The notes under the pieces were generated by a model that had not been told where the DNA came from, searched no databases, and saw only the letters and a program-made list of their open reading frames with translations. This document shows positions 1 through 11,000 of a stretch of 64,000 bases of DNA, piece by piece; position 1 is the stretch's first letter, and every line of letters starts with the position of its first letter. Source of the stretch: Stegostoma tigrinum (lineage: Eukaryota); assembly GCF_030684315.1 (NCBI RefSeq), contig NC_081368.1:49615734-49679733 (forward strand), given 5' to 3'. A program made the translations under genes and the position numbers.

Positions 1-268
1 CACCAATCTTCGTGTCATCTGCAAACTTGCTAATCAGTCCACGTATACCTTCCTCCAAATTATTTATGTATATCACTAACAGTGGTCCCAGCACAGATCC
101 CTGTGGAACACCACTGGTCACAGATCTCCAATTCGAGAAACCCCCTTCCACTACTACCTTCTGTCTCCTGTTGCCCAGCCAGTTTTTTTTTATCCATCTA
201 GCTAGCACACCGTGGACCCCATGCGACTTCACTTTCTCCATCAGCCTGCCATGGGGAACCTTATCAAA
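1..268 (-). mobile_element. CR1-type LINE reverse-transcriptase fragment
   Basis: Minus-strand translation gives FDKVPHGRL...[12 protein letters not shown]...FADDTKIG, typical CR1 RT motifs. ORF 12..305 is its antisense shadow. Confidence 0.85.
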
Positions 269-1019
269 TAGTGGTAATGCATTACCAGAACTGAATTTTA
301 GTTAACATAGTAAAGAGAGTTGGAACTAATGGATCATTTTCAGGTTGGGAAGACTTAACTATTGGAGTGTCAGAAGGAACAACCCTAGGGACTCAATTAT
401 ATATACATATCCGTATTCATATATTCATATGCTGGTTGGGGGAGAGTGCAATCTATCCACATGTTCTAATGAAACATAAATATGTATATGTAGATATATA
501 TAAATAGACAAAAAGCTTGGCAGATGGAGTTAAATGTAAGAATGAGTGAGGTCCTGCCCATTGGTAGGAAAAGTCAAAAGGCAGTGATGTGGAACAGAGT
601 CTAGGTGTTTTTCCACATGAAGCATGAAATGTGAGCATGCAGGTGCAGCAGGTAGTTAGGAAGGCAAATGGAATTTTGGTCTTTATTGCAACAGTATCGA
701 AGTTTAAAAGAAGGAAAATCTTGTTACAATTGTACAGAGTGCTGGTTCCCATATGTAAGAAAGGATGTATTGGCATTGGAGGCTGTTCAAAGAAGGCTCA
801 CCAGGCTAATTTCTGGGTTGAAGGAGTTGAATTATTGAGAATGGTTAAACATTTTAGGCTTTTATTCATTAGACTTTAGAAGAATGTGGGGTGACATTTT
901 TGAAAACATACAAGATTCTGAGGCAGCTCGTGACAGTAAGTGCTGAGGAAACGTTTCCACTCGTGGGAGAATCACAAACTAGGGAACATAGTCATAGAAG
1001 GAGGAGACACTTATTTAAA

Positions 1020-1891
1020 GGTTTTGGAGTAGATTTGTCACTCGGGTTGTGGGTGTTGAGGTTGGTTGCCTTGCCGAGCTGGTTTGTTGTTCTGTAGACG
1101 TTTCGTTACCGTGCTGGGTAACATCCTCAGTGCAGCCTCTGATGAAGCATCGGTGTGTTTTCCCGCCTGGCTTTTGAACTCTGGGGTCCGTTGAGATGGG
1201 CTGCCTCACTTCCAGGTTTCCTCCATAGTGGAATGTACATGGGGTCGAGTTCAATGTGTTTATTTATAAACTGCTTCATGGAGTGCCATGCTTCCAGAAA
1301 TTCCCGTGCTTGTCTCTGCCTAGCCTGTCCCAGGATCTTGGTGTTGTCCCAGTCGAAGTCATGGTTCTCCTTATCCATGTGGATTGAGATGAGTAAGTAT
1401 TGGACTGCAAACAAAAGTACACCAAAAAGCCACACACAGAGACCAGGTATTGAACTTCAGTAGTAACCATTCCAGCACACACGAACGAAACTGCGTGCGA
1501 ACACTATTTAAAAGGGCAACAAAACACTGCAGCAACATGGAACTATGCCAAGAGGAGGAGGAATACCTCTTCCAGGTGTTCAAGGATAATGGATATTCAA
1601 AGAATTGGGTCAGGAGATGCCTACAGGAACAGCATCAGAAAGATTCTACACACCCAACACACTCATCACACTACCCTACATCAGGAACACATCAGAACTC
1701 ACCACAAGACTTCTACGACCACTGGACATCAGAGTGGCACACAAGCCCACGTCAACCCTACGACAAGTTCTTACCCAAACTAAAGACCCGGTCCCCACCA
1801 TGGACAGGGCCAATGTCATCTACAAGATCCCCTGCAGAGACTTGCGAGAAACAGTGCATCGGACAAACAGGAAGGAAGCCAACCAACCTCA
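1020..1891. mobile_element. Penelope-like element with internal inversion and 13-bp TSD
   Basis: Plus part 1396-1880 encodes ITLPYI..., ANVIYKIPCRD..(frameshift)..KQCIGQTGR (GIY-YIG-like). Minus part 1020-1395 encodes HDFDWDNTKILG...REFLEAWHS plus the terminal repeat. ACACTTATTTAAA occurs at 1007-1019 and 1892-1904. Confidence 0.85.
1097..1130 (-). ncRNA. Minimal hammerhead ribozyme motif in Penelope terminal repeat
   Basis: CTGAGGA-T-GTTACC(cagcac)GGTAAC-GAAAC-GTC: intact core and 6-bp stem II. Flanks ctgca/tacag approximate stem I. Confidence 0.75.
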
Positions 1892-2199
1892 ACACTTATT
1901 TAAAACTGCGGTGTGAATGCATTTCTTCTCCCAGAGGGTAGTGCATATCTGGAATTCTCTACAGCAGAGAGTTGTGGAGGCTAGATCACTGAAAGTATAT
2001 GAAGAGGACCTAGACTACTTTTTTGGAATATTAGGGCATTGATGGCTACGAAGAGCTGACATGAATGAAGAGTTGACACGTGGGTCAGATCAGCCACGAT
2101 CTTGTTGAATGGCATTGCAGGCTTGAGGGGGTCTACTATTTGTATAATAATTAAATATTAATAATTTAACATTAATAATACTATTAAATGCTCTTTAAT

Positions 2200-3600
2200 A
2201 ACATATTCCAGCATTTTCCCAATAATTGATGTTAGGCTCACTGGATGTTCCCATTTTCTAACTGCTATCTTAGTTATATTTGCCAACATCCCATCTCATA
2301 GGAGTGGTCCCAAATCTAAGGAATTTAGGAAAATTATAATACATACATCCATTGTCTCTGTGGCTACATCTTATAACCCTAGGAAGTGAGACATCAGGTC
2401 TCAGGAATGTGTCAGTATTTTTGTCCTTATACTTTTAATACATTTTCAAATATTTCTTCACTGATGATATTAATTTCTTTAAAGTATTAACTCCCTACAT
2501 TAGCATCTATTTCTGGTATAAAACTCATATCCTCTACTGCAAAGACAGACTCAAAATATTTGTTCAAAGCTACTTTCTTCATTCCTCTAATAATTTCTCT
2601 TGATGCTGCTTCCAATGAACTTGAATTGAGCTATTCTGTTCCTTTTTATACATATGTCAAATCTCTTTCTATCTGTTTTCATATTTCTGGCTAGTTTATC
2701 CTCTATTGTATTTTTTCTTTCTCTTCTCGACTTTGGTTACCATTTCCATAACAATCTAAATGCTGACACTTGGTGTTGCATTTTTTCATATTGTAAGCCT
2801 CTTCTTTTAATTTAATACTATGCTTAACTTTCTAAATGTATATCTAGTGGATCTTGTTGAGTTTTTGCACTTCAATGAAATGTACTCATGTTTTGACCAA
2901 TTTGAATTGTTTATTTAAATGTTTTTTATTATCCATTTGCAGCCATACTTTTCTTGTTGCCAACCTACCCAATTAACCTTAGCCAGTTGTCCACTCAAAA
3001 CCTTAAATTTGCCTTTGTTAATTTGGCTTTGTTTAAGATTTTTGTTTGTGATGGGATATGTTGCATTGAAATCGATCACTAAATCCAACAGTTTTATGAT
3101 CAGTATTTCCCAGGGGAACATATCCTGTGACATTAATCCTCATTACTCATTCATTACTCAAATCTTGATCTAAGATAGCTATATCCCTGGCTGGTTCCAC
3201 AATACAGTGCTCCAAGAAACAAGAACATTCTAACCACCTCCTCTTCTAGACCACTCTTACCAATCTTATAATTACAGTTTATATGAAGATTAAAGTCCTC
3301 CACTCTTGCTATTCCCAATTTCCTCACATGATTATTCTACGTCAGGAACACCTAAAGGCAGCTCTTTTCTCACTAACATCCTTATGTGATCCTTTACTAT
3401 CAGGGTTATCCCGTCATCTATTTTTCTGAAATACTGTGCACTCCGGAATATTTACTTTGCTAAATTATCACCTTGTAACTATGTTTCTGTAATGGCAATT
3501 TAATCAAAGCATTTAGCTCAATTTGTACCACTAGTACACTTACTGCACATTTAGATGAATAACCTTTAATCTTATTTTTAAATCCTTATTCCTTGATTTG
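2200..3600 (-). mobile_element. Old, highly decayed CR1 ORF2 remnant
   Basis: Minus strand near 2200-2245 reads PVSLTSIIGKMLE (CR1 YRPVSLTS motif). Other fragments resemble the CR1 at 22083-24885. Confidence 0.55.
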
Positions 3601-5334
3601 GTGATGTTGTTTTTGTTAAATTTCTCTATCCTTTCCTGTCTCATTCTGATCAGTCCTTTGTGATCCTTTAAATTGTACAGGGGCCACCTAGGAACGCATT
3701 TTTGTGTTAAAACTGAGAGTGACTAGTCAATGGACTAGCTAAGCCTTCAGTTTGACTTAGTAAAAGTTGGGACATTCTTATCAAGTGCCATTTTAAACGT
3801 ATGAGTAATTACTTGGTTTTTACAGAACTTAAACAGTGTTTTTAAAAAAGACGTGGAACTCAAGCTTCTTATCTCCTACTCACGGGGACGGAAACACGAG
3901 AAATATATCAAATGCATATGATCCAGATCAAGAAATTTGGGTGCACTTCCCATCATTTCATGTCTTCACCCACTGGCGCTGCTGAATCTCCCTCCTTTTT
4001 AAAAACTCTATTTAAAATCTAAATACCAGCAAATTCAATTCCAAAATAAATCTGTCTGCGATGCAAGAATTTTTCATTTCCACTACCAGTAAACCTTTGA
4101 GTTTAATGATCTTTCACTGATATAAATCAATTCAAAGCCATCCATCTGCATTCAGAACAGCGCTTGTCTCCCACTCATTTCCGATCGGCTCTGACAGTAC
4201 AATAAAGGTTTCTGAGATGATTTCGTAAAGCTATTGAGGTGTAAATCAATACACGTCAACGTACGGCAGCAGGGCAGGAAATTACACGCCTCGACTAGAA
4301 GCCTGTAAACAACTAAACACCAGCTGCTGTGGCTGAGTCTACATATTATATAACTTGCTTAATTTGATTCATTTTAAGGATGCAATATCCTGTTTCAGTA
4401 GTTCAGCTAAAACTGTCAAAAAGTCAAATTTACGCAATTTATCTACTTTTTTTTCTAAAGCCAATGCTACTATTTGGTAAAATGCAAACGAGAATATTAA
4501 CAAAATTGTAAAACGTTATAAAATATCCTTCGAGCATAATTTCAACCCTTGCAAATAATTTTAGCGCCTTTTTTAAATGGACAGCTAGAGTTTTGATGAC
4601 GAGCGATGACATGGCAGAAAAGTTACAAGGAAAGCTACTTCCAGATCTGGTGTATATTTATATGTCAGTCACAGTGGATTCCAAAGCTCAAAGCATTCTA
4701 CATTTAATGTCATTGATTGGAAATGTGCTGCAAAATCTTTTCTTACTCCTCAGAGTTGCTGCTTCCAAATGAATCCATTAAAATTTTAGGACAAAAGCTT
4801 TACAAAATTCTGCTGTACTTGCCCCCAGATCAGACAGCTGCCTCAGCAAACACATGCTATGCCAAAAATTACTTGAATTAATATAACTGAGGCCAGGCCA
4901 CCATAACAGTGTTGATTCTTTTGGCAGATTAACTTGGCATTCACACTAAAGCAAAGAAATTACTTCAACTGTTCCCAATCTCTTCTATGTATGTGATAAA
5001 TTAAGCTGATATGCTGTGCTACAAAGGAACAGGAAATGACTTTGCATCTATATTTTTTCACATGCAAGTTCTCAGTGTTAGACTAATCATCAGAGCAAGA
5101 GCCCGAGTACTTATTCAAATGGATGAAGGAAAACTGGCAGGTAATGCACTGAGGCTTCCTCGTGTACACTTCTTGTGTGCTCAACAAAAGCATTGTCAGA
5201 GACCAAGCTCTTGGCCAGGAAATATCTTCTTCACCTGTGAGCTACTTTTTCGGGCCAGTGCCCGTGAAAGTCTCTGAGATTTTGTCACAGGTCTGTGAGA
5301 TTGTTTAAAACAAGATATCTAGGAGGAAAACAGG

Positions 5335-5540
5335 GTTTTATAGCGAGTTTTGAGAAGATTTGTAGCTCAGGTTGAGGTTCTGGATGTTAGTTTGCTCGCT
5401 GAGCTGGAAGGTTGGTTTTCAGACGTTTCGTCACCATTCTAGGTAACATCATCAGTGAGCCTCCGACGAAGCGCTGGTGTTATGTCCCACTTTCTATTTA
5501 TCTGGTTAGGTTTCCTTGGGTTGGTGATGTCATTTCCAGT
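5335..5540 (-). mobile_element. Solo Penelope terminal repeat with hammerhead motif at 5422-5455
   Basis: Homologous to 1020-1200. Minus strand reads CTGATGA-T-GTTACC(tagaat)GGTGAC-GAAAC-GTC. Confidence 0.75.
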
Positions 5541-6624
5541 TTCATATTTGAGGTATATCATACCTTATCAGAAAGCTAGGCATCCTTGTATCTATTTTCA
5601 CTCAATAAATTTCTTGATCTTGGTTTAAATTAAGATGCTCTAGACATATCTCCAGCTGGTTTAAAAAAATGGGCCAGACTCTAATACCTGAAAATCATAA
5701 TATTGTATCCCCTTGTTTGCCACGTCAAGATGATACACTGTCCTACACTGTCAACACAGGAGTGAAAGATAGGAAATTAGTGAGATATTTTGACAAATCT
5801 TTTAAACTGCTCCATATCCAATGAAGCAATGAATTACAAATCTGTTCATCATAATGACCCAATATAAATGTTTACATTTTCTACAAGCTGTTTAAATCAT
5901 GATGCAGGTTAGAACCTGGTTTCTTGCTACTATCAGTCCTCCTGAAGAAGGCTTCATTTCCACAATATTTTCTTGGCATTTTTCTTTCATACAAGAGATT
6001 GGAATCTGGAACCAAGGCGTGTTGCCTCAAAAAACATTCTAATCTAAAATGAGCATCTTTCATTTATACAGAGCCTTTTAATGTAATAAAACACACAAAG
6101 ACGCTTCCCATGAACTTTGAATTACAAAATATTAACTGACACTTTGCCTTTCTAAATCTGCAGTGTAACTATCACAGATGGTTACAATGCAAATACCAGT
6201 GCCCATTAGAAAAAGCCCTCATGAAGTGAAATGAGATGCTTAATCCTTCCCATCCCCATCTTTGCCACCATCAAAATTGCAGCAATTTAGCTTGCAACTC
6301 CTATTGGTTAGAGAGCTTCGAGTGGGATCAGTGGAAGAGCTAGCTGTAATATTCCAATCTTCCCTAGATACTGAGGAGATAATAGAAGATTTAAGAGAGG
6401 TCTGATAACTGCAGGCTTGTCAGATTAACATCAGTATGGGTTTGCTTTTAAAAACACAAATCAGGGAATAATCGCCAATTCTTGAGGAGCTTGAGTTTAT
6501 TCTGGAGAACCAGCATGGATTTGGAAAAGATAGATAGATTGTGTTTGACTATGAGGAAGCAATAGAAGTTTTGTGAGGAGAATGTTGTCTCTGGATTCTA
6601 GGACAGCCTAGAATACACGATATT

Positions 6625-6750
6625 ACTTAAAATGGAGGTACATGGAATAGTGTAGGTTAGATGGGCTTGAGATCGGTATGACAGGTCGGCACAACATCGA
6701 GGGCCGAAGGGCCTGTACTGTGCTGTAATGTTCTATGTTCTATGTTCTAT
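6625..6750 (+). mobile_element. 5'-truncated CR1 3' end with (TTCTATG)n tail
   Basis: gggccgaagggcctgtactgtgctgtaatgttctatgttctatgttcta: CR1 3' stem-loop plus terminal microsatellite. Confidence 0.75.
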
Positions 6751-8025
6751 TACGCTGAACCACATAGGAAGATAATAGGTATCAGATGAACGAAAGCTTA
6801 GTTGAAGAAGCAAGATTTAAAGAGGGTCTTAAAGGAAAAGGGGGTAGGCAACTGAAGGCTCAGCCACCGATGATGATATATTCATATCAGGGATGCTCAA
6901 GAGGCCAGAATTAGAGCAGCACACACATCTTGAATAGCTACACTGCTGGAAATTTTGATTAATGAGGGGTAAGGGCTCATGGAAGAATTTGAAAGCAAAG
7001 ATGAATGTTTTAAAATCAAGACATGACTTGAATTGGGATCCAGAAGAGGCCAGTGAGCTATCACAATGGTGATAAGGGAGTGGGATTTGCTACACATCAA
7101 GATGTATACAGAAGAGTCTGGATGTCAATAATGTCAGAATGTTGGACACTAGCTAGCAGTGTATTGGAATTGTCAAACATGACATAACGAAGGTATAGTT
7201 GACGTCTTCAGCATCAGATCAAATGAGACAGGGCGAAGTTTGGTGACATTATGGGAGGAAGTAGGCTTGGTAATGTCATGACCTCGTGGTTGGAAGCTTA
7301 TCTCAGGGTCAAATAGGACACAAGGTAGCAAACACATTTGTTTGATCTCAGACTGTTGTCAGCAAGAAGGTGGAATTTGGAGTGGGAACCAAAAACAGTG
7401 ACCTCTAACAGTTAATCTAATAAAATAATTGTATGTTTGAACAGTAAGAAAGGATGGCCTTGTTGGAGGAGAGGTTCAGAAGGGATTAGTTTGAAGATCC
7501 ATAGAATTTGTGAAAATACCCATCATAAATGGGAAGACAACTAATAAAACATCTGTATAGAATGTGTACTCACTATAACATGTTCTGATAGCACAGCCAT
7601 CATTTGTAGTTCTGCTTTCAACAAAACCCTGCAGATAATTCTTCATGTTGTAATGCATAAATCAGTACAGTGATATGTGCAGCTCCCACAAATATGAAGT
7701 CTGCATTTTAAATAAGGACTAAAGTGCTTAGAAAACCAAAACTTTTTCTATTTTAATGTTACTTGGATAATTTGGAAGAAAATTTTTTTCAGGTCTAATG
7801 AATAAATTCTACAATATTATTTTCATATGTGTTGAAACTCCATTATGTACAAATGTGGGATGACCGGAATCCAGTTTATTGCTTCCCAAATTATTATCCT
7901 AAGGCATAACGCATTCATTCAGAAAGCATTAGCTGCTTTTCCTTTGAATGACTCCAGCTCTAAACACATTGTGCTGACAACTTGGGGGAAGACACAACTG
8001 AAAGGTAGAATCACACAACACTCAC

Positions 8026-8083
8026 CCGACAAGCCCCCTCCAATGATTATCACATCTTGTTTCCCAATGGGCATTTTCGCCAT
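8026..8083 (-). CDS. First coding exon of a monoamine oxidase (MAO)-like flavoprotein; remaining exons not found in the window
   Basis: ctgacATGG Kozak context. Encodes MAKMPIGKQDVIIIGGGLS-G with a phase-1 donor G|gtgagt. Contains the FAD-binding DVxxxGxGxxG motif, and the intron position matches exon 1 of MAOA/MAOB (DVVVIGGGIS-G|) as I recall it. Confidence 0.7.
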
Positions 8084-11000
8084 GTCAGTTTTCACCTGTC
8101 TTTTGTGCAGATGATCCTGGATGTGGCTGTTTGATGATTTCTTTTACCTTTATACAATCTGCTGCTGTTGGATTCTAGGCTGTAACTAAATCAACCAGTG
8201 TCCACTTGTAGAGCCTCAGCTGCACCTTTTCATCTGTTAAACTGCCCAACACAGGCGTACGTCTTTTATCTGTGTGTGTGTGAGTGATGTCTCCAGCATG
8301 CTCAAGAGGAGGGACCATTGACAGGATTGTTATAGGTTCTGTATTTATTATTTCATCTGAGGAATCAAAGATGAGAATCAAATGTGTACGGTTATGAGCA
8401 TTAATTGTAAAAATAAAGGCTAAAATGATACTAAAAACATGAAACTACCTTGCTCATCACTGTTAATTAAAATCCTTGAGGATTCATTGTTGTGTAAATT
8501 AATGTATGCATTAAATTGCTCTATATGGAAATATAGACCTAGCAGATTTACATAAGCAAATATATCAAAAGTTATATTGTTGAAAGCTAATAATAGCTGT
8601 ATGCTGGCAACACTGTTTCTACCATGTACAATAACAGTGCCATTTTAATGTGCCAGGATGATTATATTTCGTTGAGTACAAGAATTAGTTATTATAAAAC
8701 ATTTCATTCTTTTGGCCAGAGGAAATTATTTGCATACCTTACAATGATGAGGTGCCATGGTAACCGTTACCAAATCTTATTGTGATTTAAGACAGGTGAT
8801 AATATGTAATAAGCAGAATGCAAAAGATGAGCGAAATTTAGATTAAAAACTATGTTGTAATGAAAAGCATTCATGGGCACCGAAATCTTAAAAATTAATA
8901 CCTTGCATTTTTTATTGTTGCATTCAACTGGTAATCAAAAATATTCTAAAGATATTTTATCTTTCTTTATGAGAGCGAAGAAAGTTATGAATGAATTTGC
9001 AGGAAGGATTTTATGGCCTATCATCCCACAGTACTTTAAAGGCAACTGATAAAGTTAGACTATAGGAAAACATGGCAGGAAATTTGTACATAGCAAGGTC
9101 TGACTAAGCTCAGATGAAGGAACTCAGTGAAATGACAATTTGGGTCTAATCTTGACTCTGTTTTTGTGAATGGTTGTTGATGATTTAGGATATTTCAGTA
9201 ACAAATGAGCTTGAATTTTGCAGTCAACAGTGAAGCAAAGAAGAAGAATCACTGAATCCAAAATAATAATTCTGCTTTCAATCCACAGGTGCTGCCAGAT
9301 CTGCCGAGTGTTTCCAGCAATTTGTTTTTGTTTTTGAGTTAGAGCATCCACAGTTCTTTGGCTTTTTTTGTTATGCAGCAATGGTTTCTGACACTGAAAA
9401 AAATTGCCCTGAAAAATCCAGAAATTTACATGGCACAGACTTTTCTTGCCCAAGGTTAGCTTGAATTTTGCATCATATCAAGGGAATCTCCAAGCATCAC
9501 ACAACAGCAATGTCAGAAACTAAGATAAATAGCTAAGTATACCTGCAATCTGCAAGCCTGTAAATTAATAATAACTAAACGTCTACTTTTAATTTTTACA
9601 GACATTAAAATAAAAACAAATGATGGATTAGATATAGAGATGGGATTAAAGTAAATTCAAAAATAAACCTTTAAAAAACATTTAAAAGATATAATTTTTT
9701 ACTAAAATTGGGACATTCAGGAGTCTAAGCAATTGAAGAGTAGATTTTCAAGACAGTCCACTGGTACCTAATTGCTTCCAGTGGCCCACTCTCAGGATTA
9801 GCGTAGAACCATTCACAATGAATTGAATCTCTAGACTTACAGGTTTAGCAATGCATCTGCAATCTTGAAAGGTTGCTGTCAGTTTCAGAGGAGTAATGAT
9901 GGCAAATACTGACAGTTGCTCAGCCATTATTGTTGAAAAGCACGGCTGAAATCCAGCCCTATTCAGTGAAACTACAAGGTTGCTGTCTTTTAGAGCCAGT
10001 CTCCCTCTCACCTTAACATTGGAGACCTCGTGGCACTATTTAAAAGAAGATATCAAGGAAGCTCTTCTGGCATCATGCATCATTTATACCTGAATCAACA
10101 TTATTTAGAATAGGTTGCCTGGTTATTTATTTAATTGCTGTTCATGGCATCTTGCCATGGTTAAATTGCTTGTTATGTTTATCTACACCGTACAATAAAC
10201 TGTGACATACCTAGCTTATATTGACAGTAAAACTCTTTGAGATATCCTGAGGTTATGAAATAAAGAATATAAATTATACATGTTTTGAAATTTAGACATC
10301 TGCCTGTTCCTCTGCTTGCAGAGAATCGTGAACATAATCCTATCATACTATTCAAAAAATAATTGTTATGCACTCTGATATACAATTCCTCCCCAATACA
10401 TTCCAAAGTATCTTTCTGATCATAAAAGTGATTACACTTCAAAAGTAATTGGCTGGTGGTGAAAACCTTTGGGATTTGATAATTTACTTAGGTACATTTG
10501 CTCTTGCTTTTTCTTGTATATCACAGTTGAAACAACAGTGTACACATGTAAGGTGGTGTATACTTCTTATACATAGTTCATGGTTTTTCTAATGAATTAC
10601 TTTGGTAAAATATAGAAGATTCACATGTTGCTTTGTTTTGATAGTTTCATGTTTAAAAATGTCAGTTAGCCTCACCTTGATGATGGATTACTTTTCTTGA
10701 ACCTCTTTCTCTTGCAACACTTGGTACATGACAGGGATAAAACGAGAACAGATGGGGATTATAACAGTTAATAGCACATCCTGCAAATATAACAAATTTC
10801 TAATTATAACAACAGTGTGACATATATCTGCATTTCAAAATATGATAGTGCTAAGTACATTCAGAGGACAGATAGTTTTAAAATGCATTGAGAGAGACAA
10901 TTATACAGCAACACAAACATTTTGTGAGTTATTATTCAGAACACTTGCAGAGTAACATTAGTATGACTGCTGTCTACTAAGAAATTAGAGCTAGTGATGC

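Larger units (their letters stand above)
304..2140 (+). mobile_element. Decayed CR1 LINE 3' portion, split by a Penelope insertion
   Basis: QVQQVVRKANGIL, TFPLVGESQTREHS, then HFFSQRVVHIWNSL resumes after 1904. The two halves are collinear across the insertion. Confidence 0.8.

Noticed and set aside
12-305. 97-aa plus-strand ORF
   Set aside because: It is the antisense reading of a CR1 RT fragment.
4748-4860. Minus-strand AG..GT segment with an open frame (MCLLRQLSDLGASTAEF...) considered as MAO exon 2
   Set aside because: No similarity to the expected LSAAKLL..EARDRVGGR sequence.
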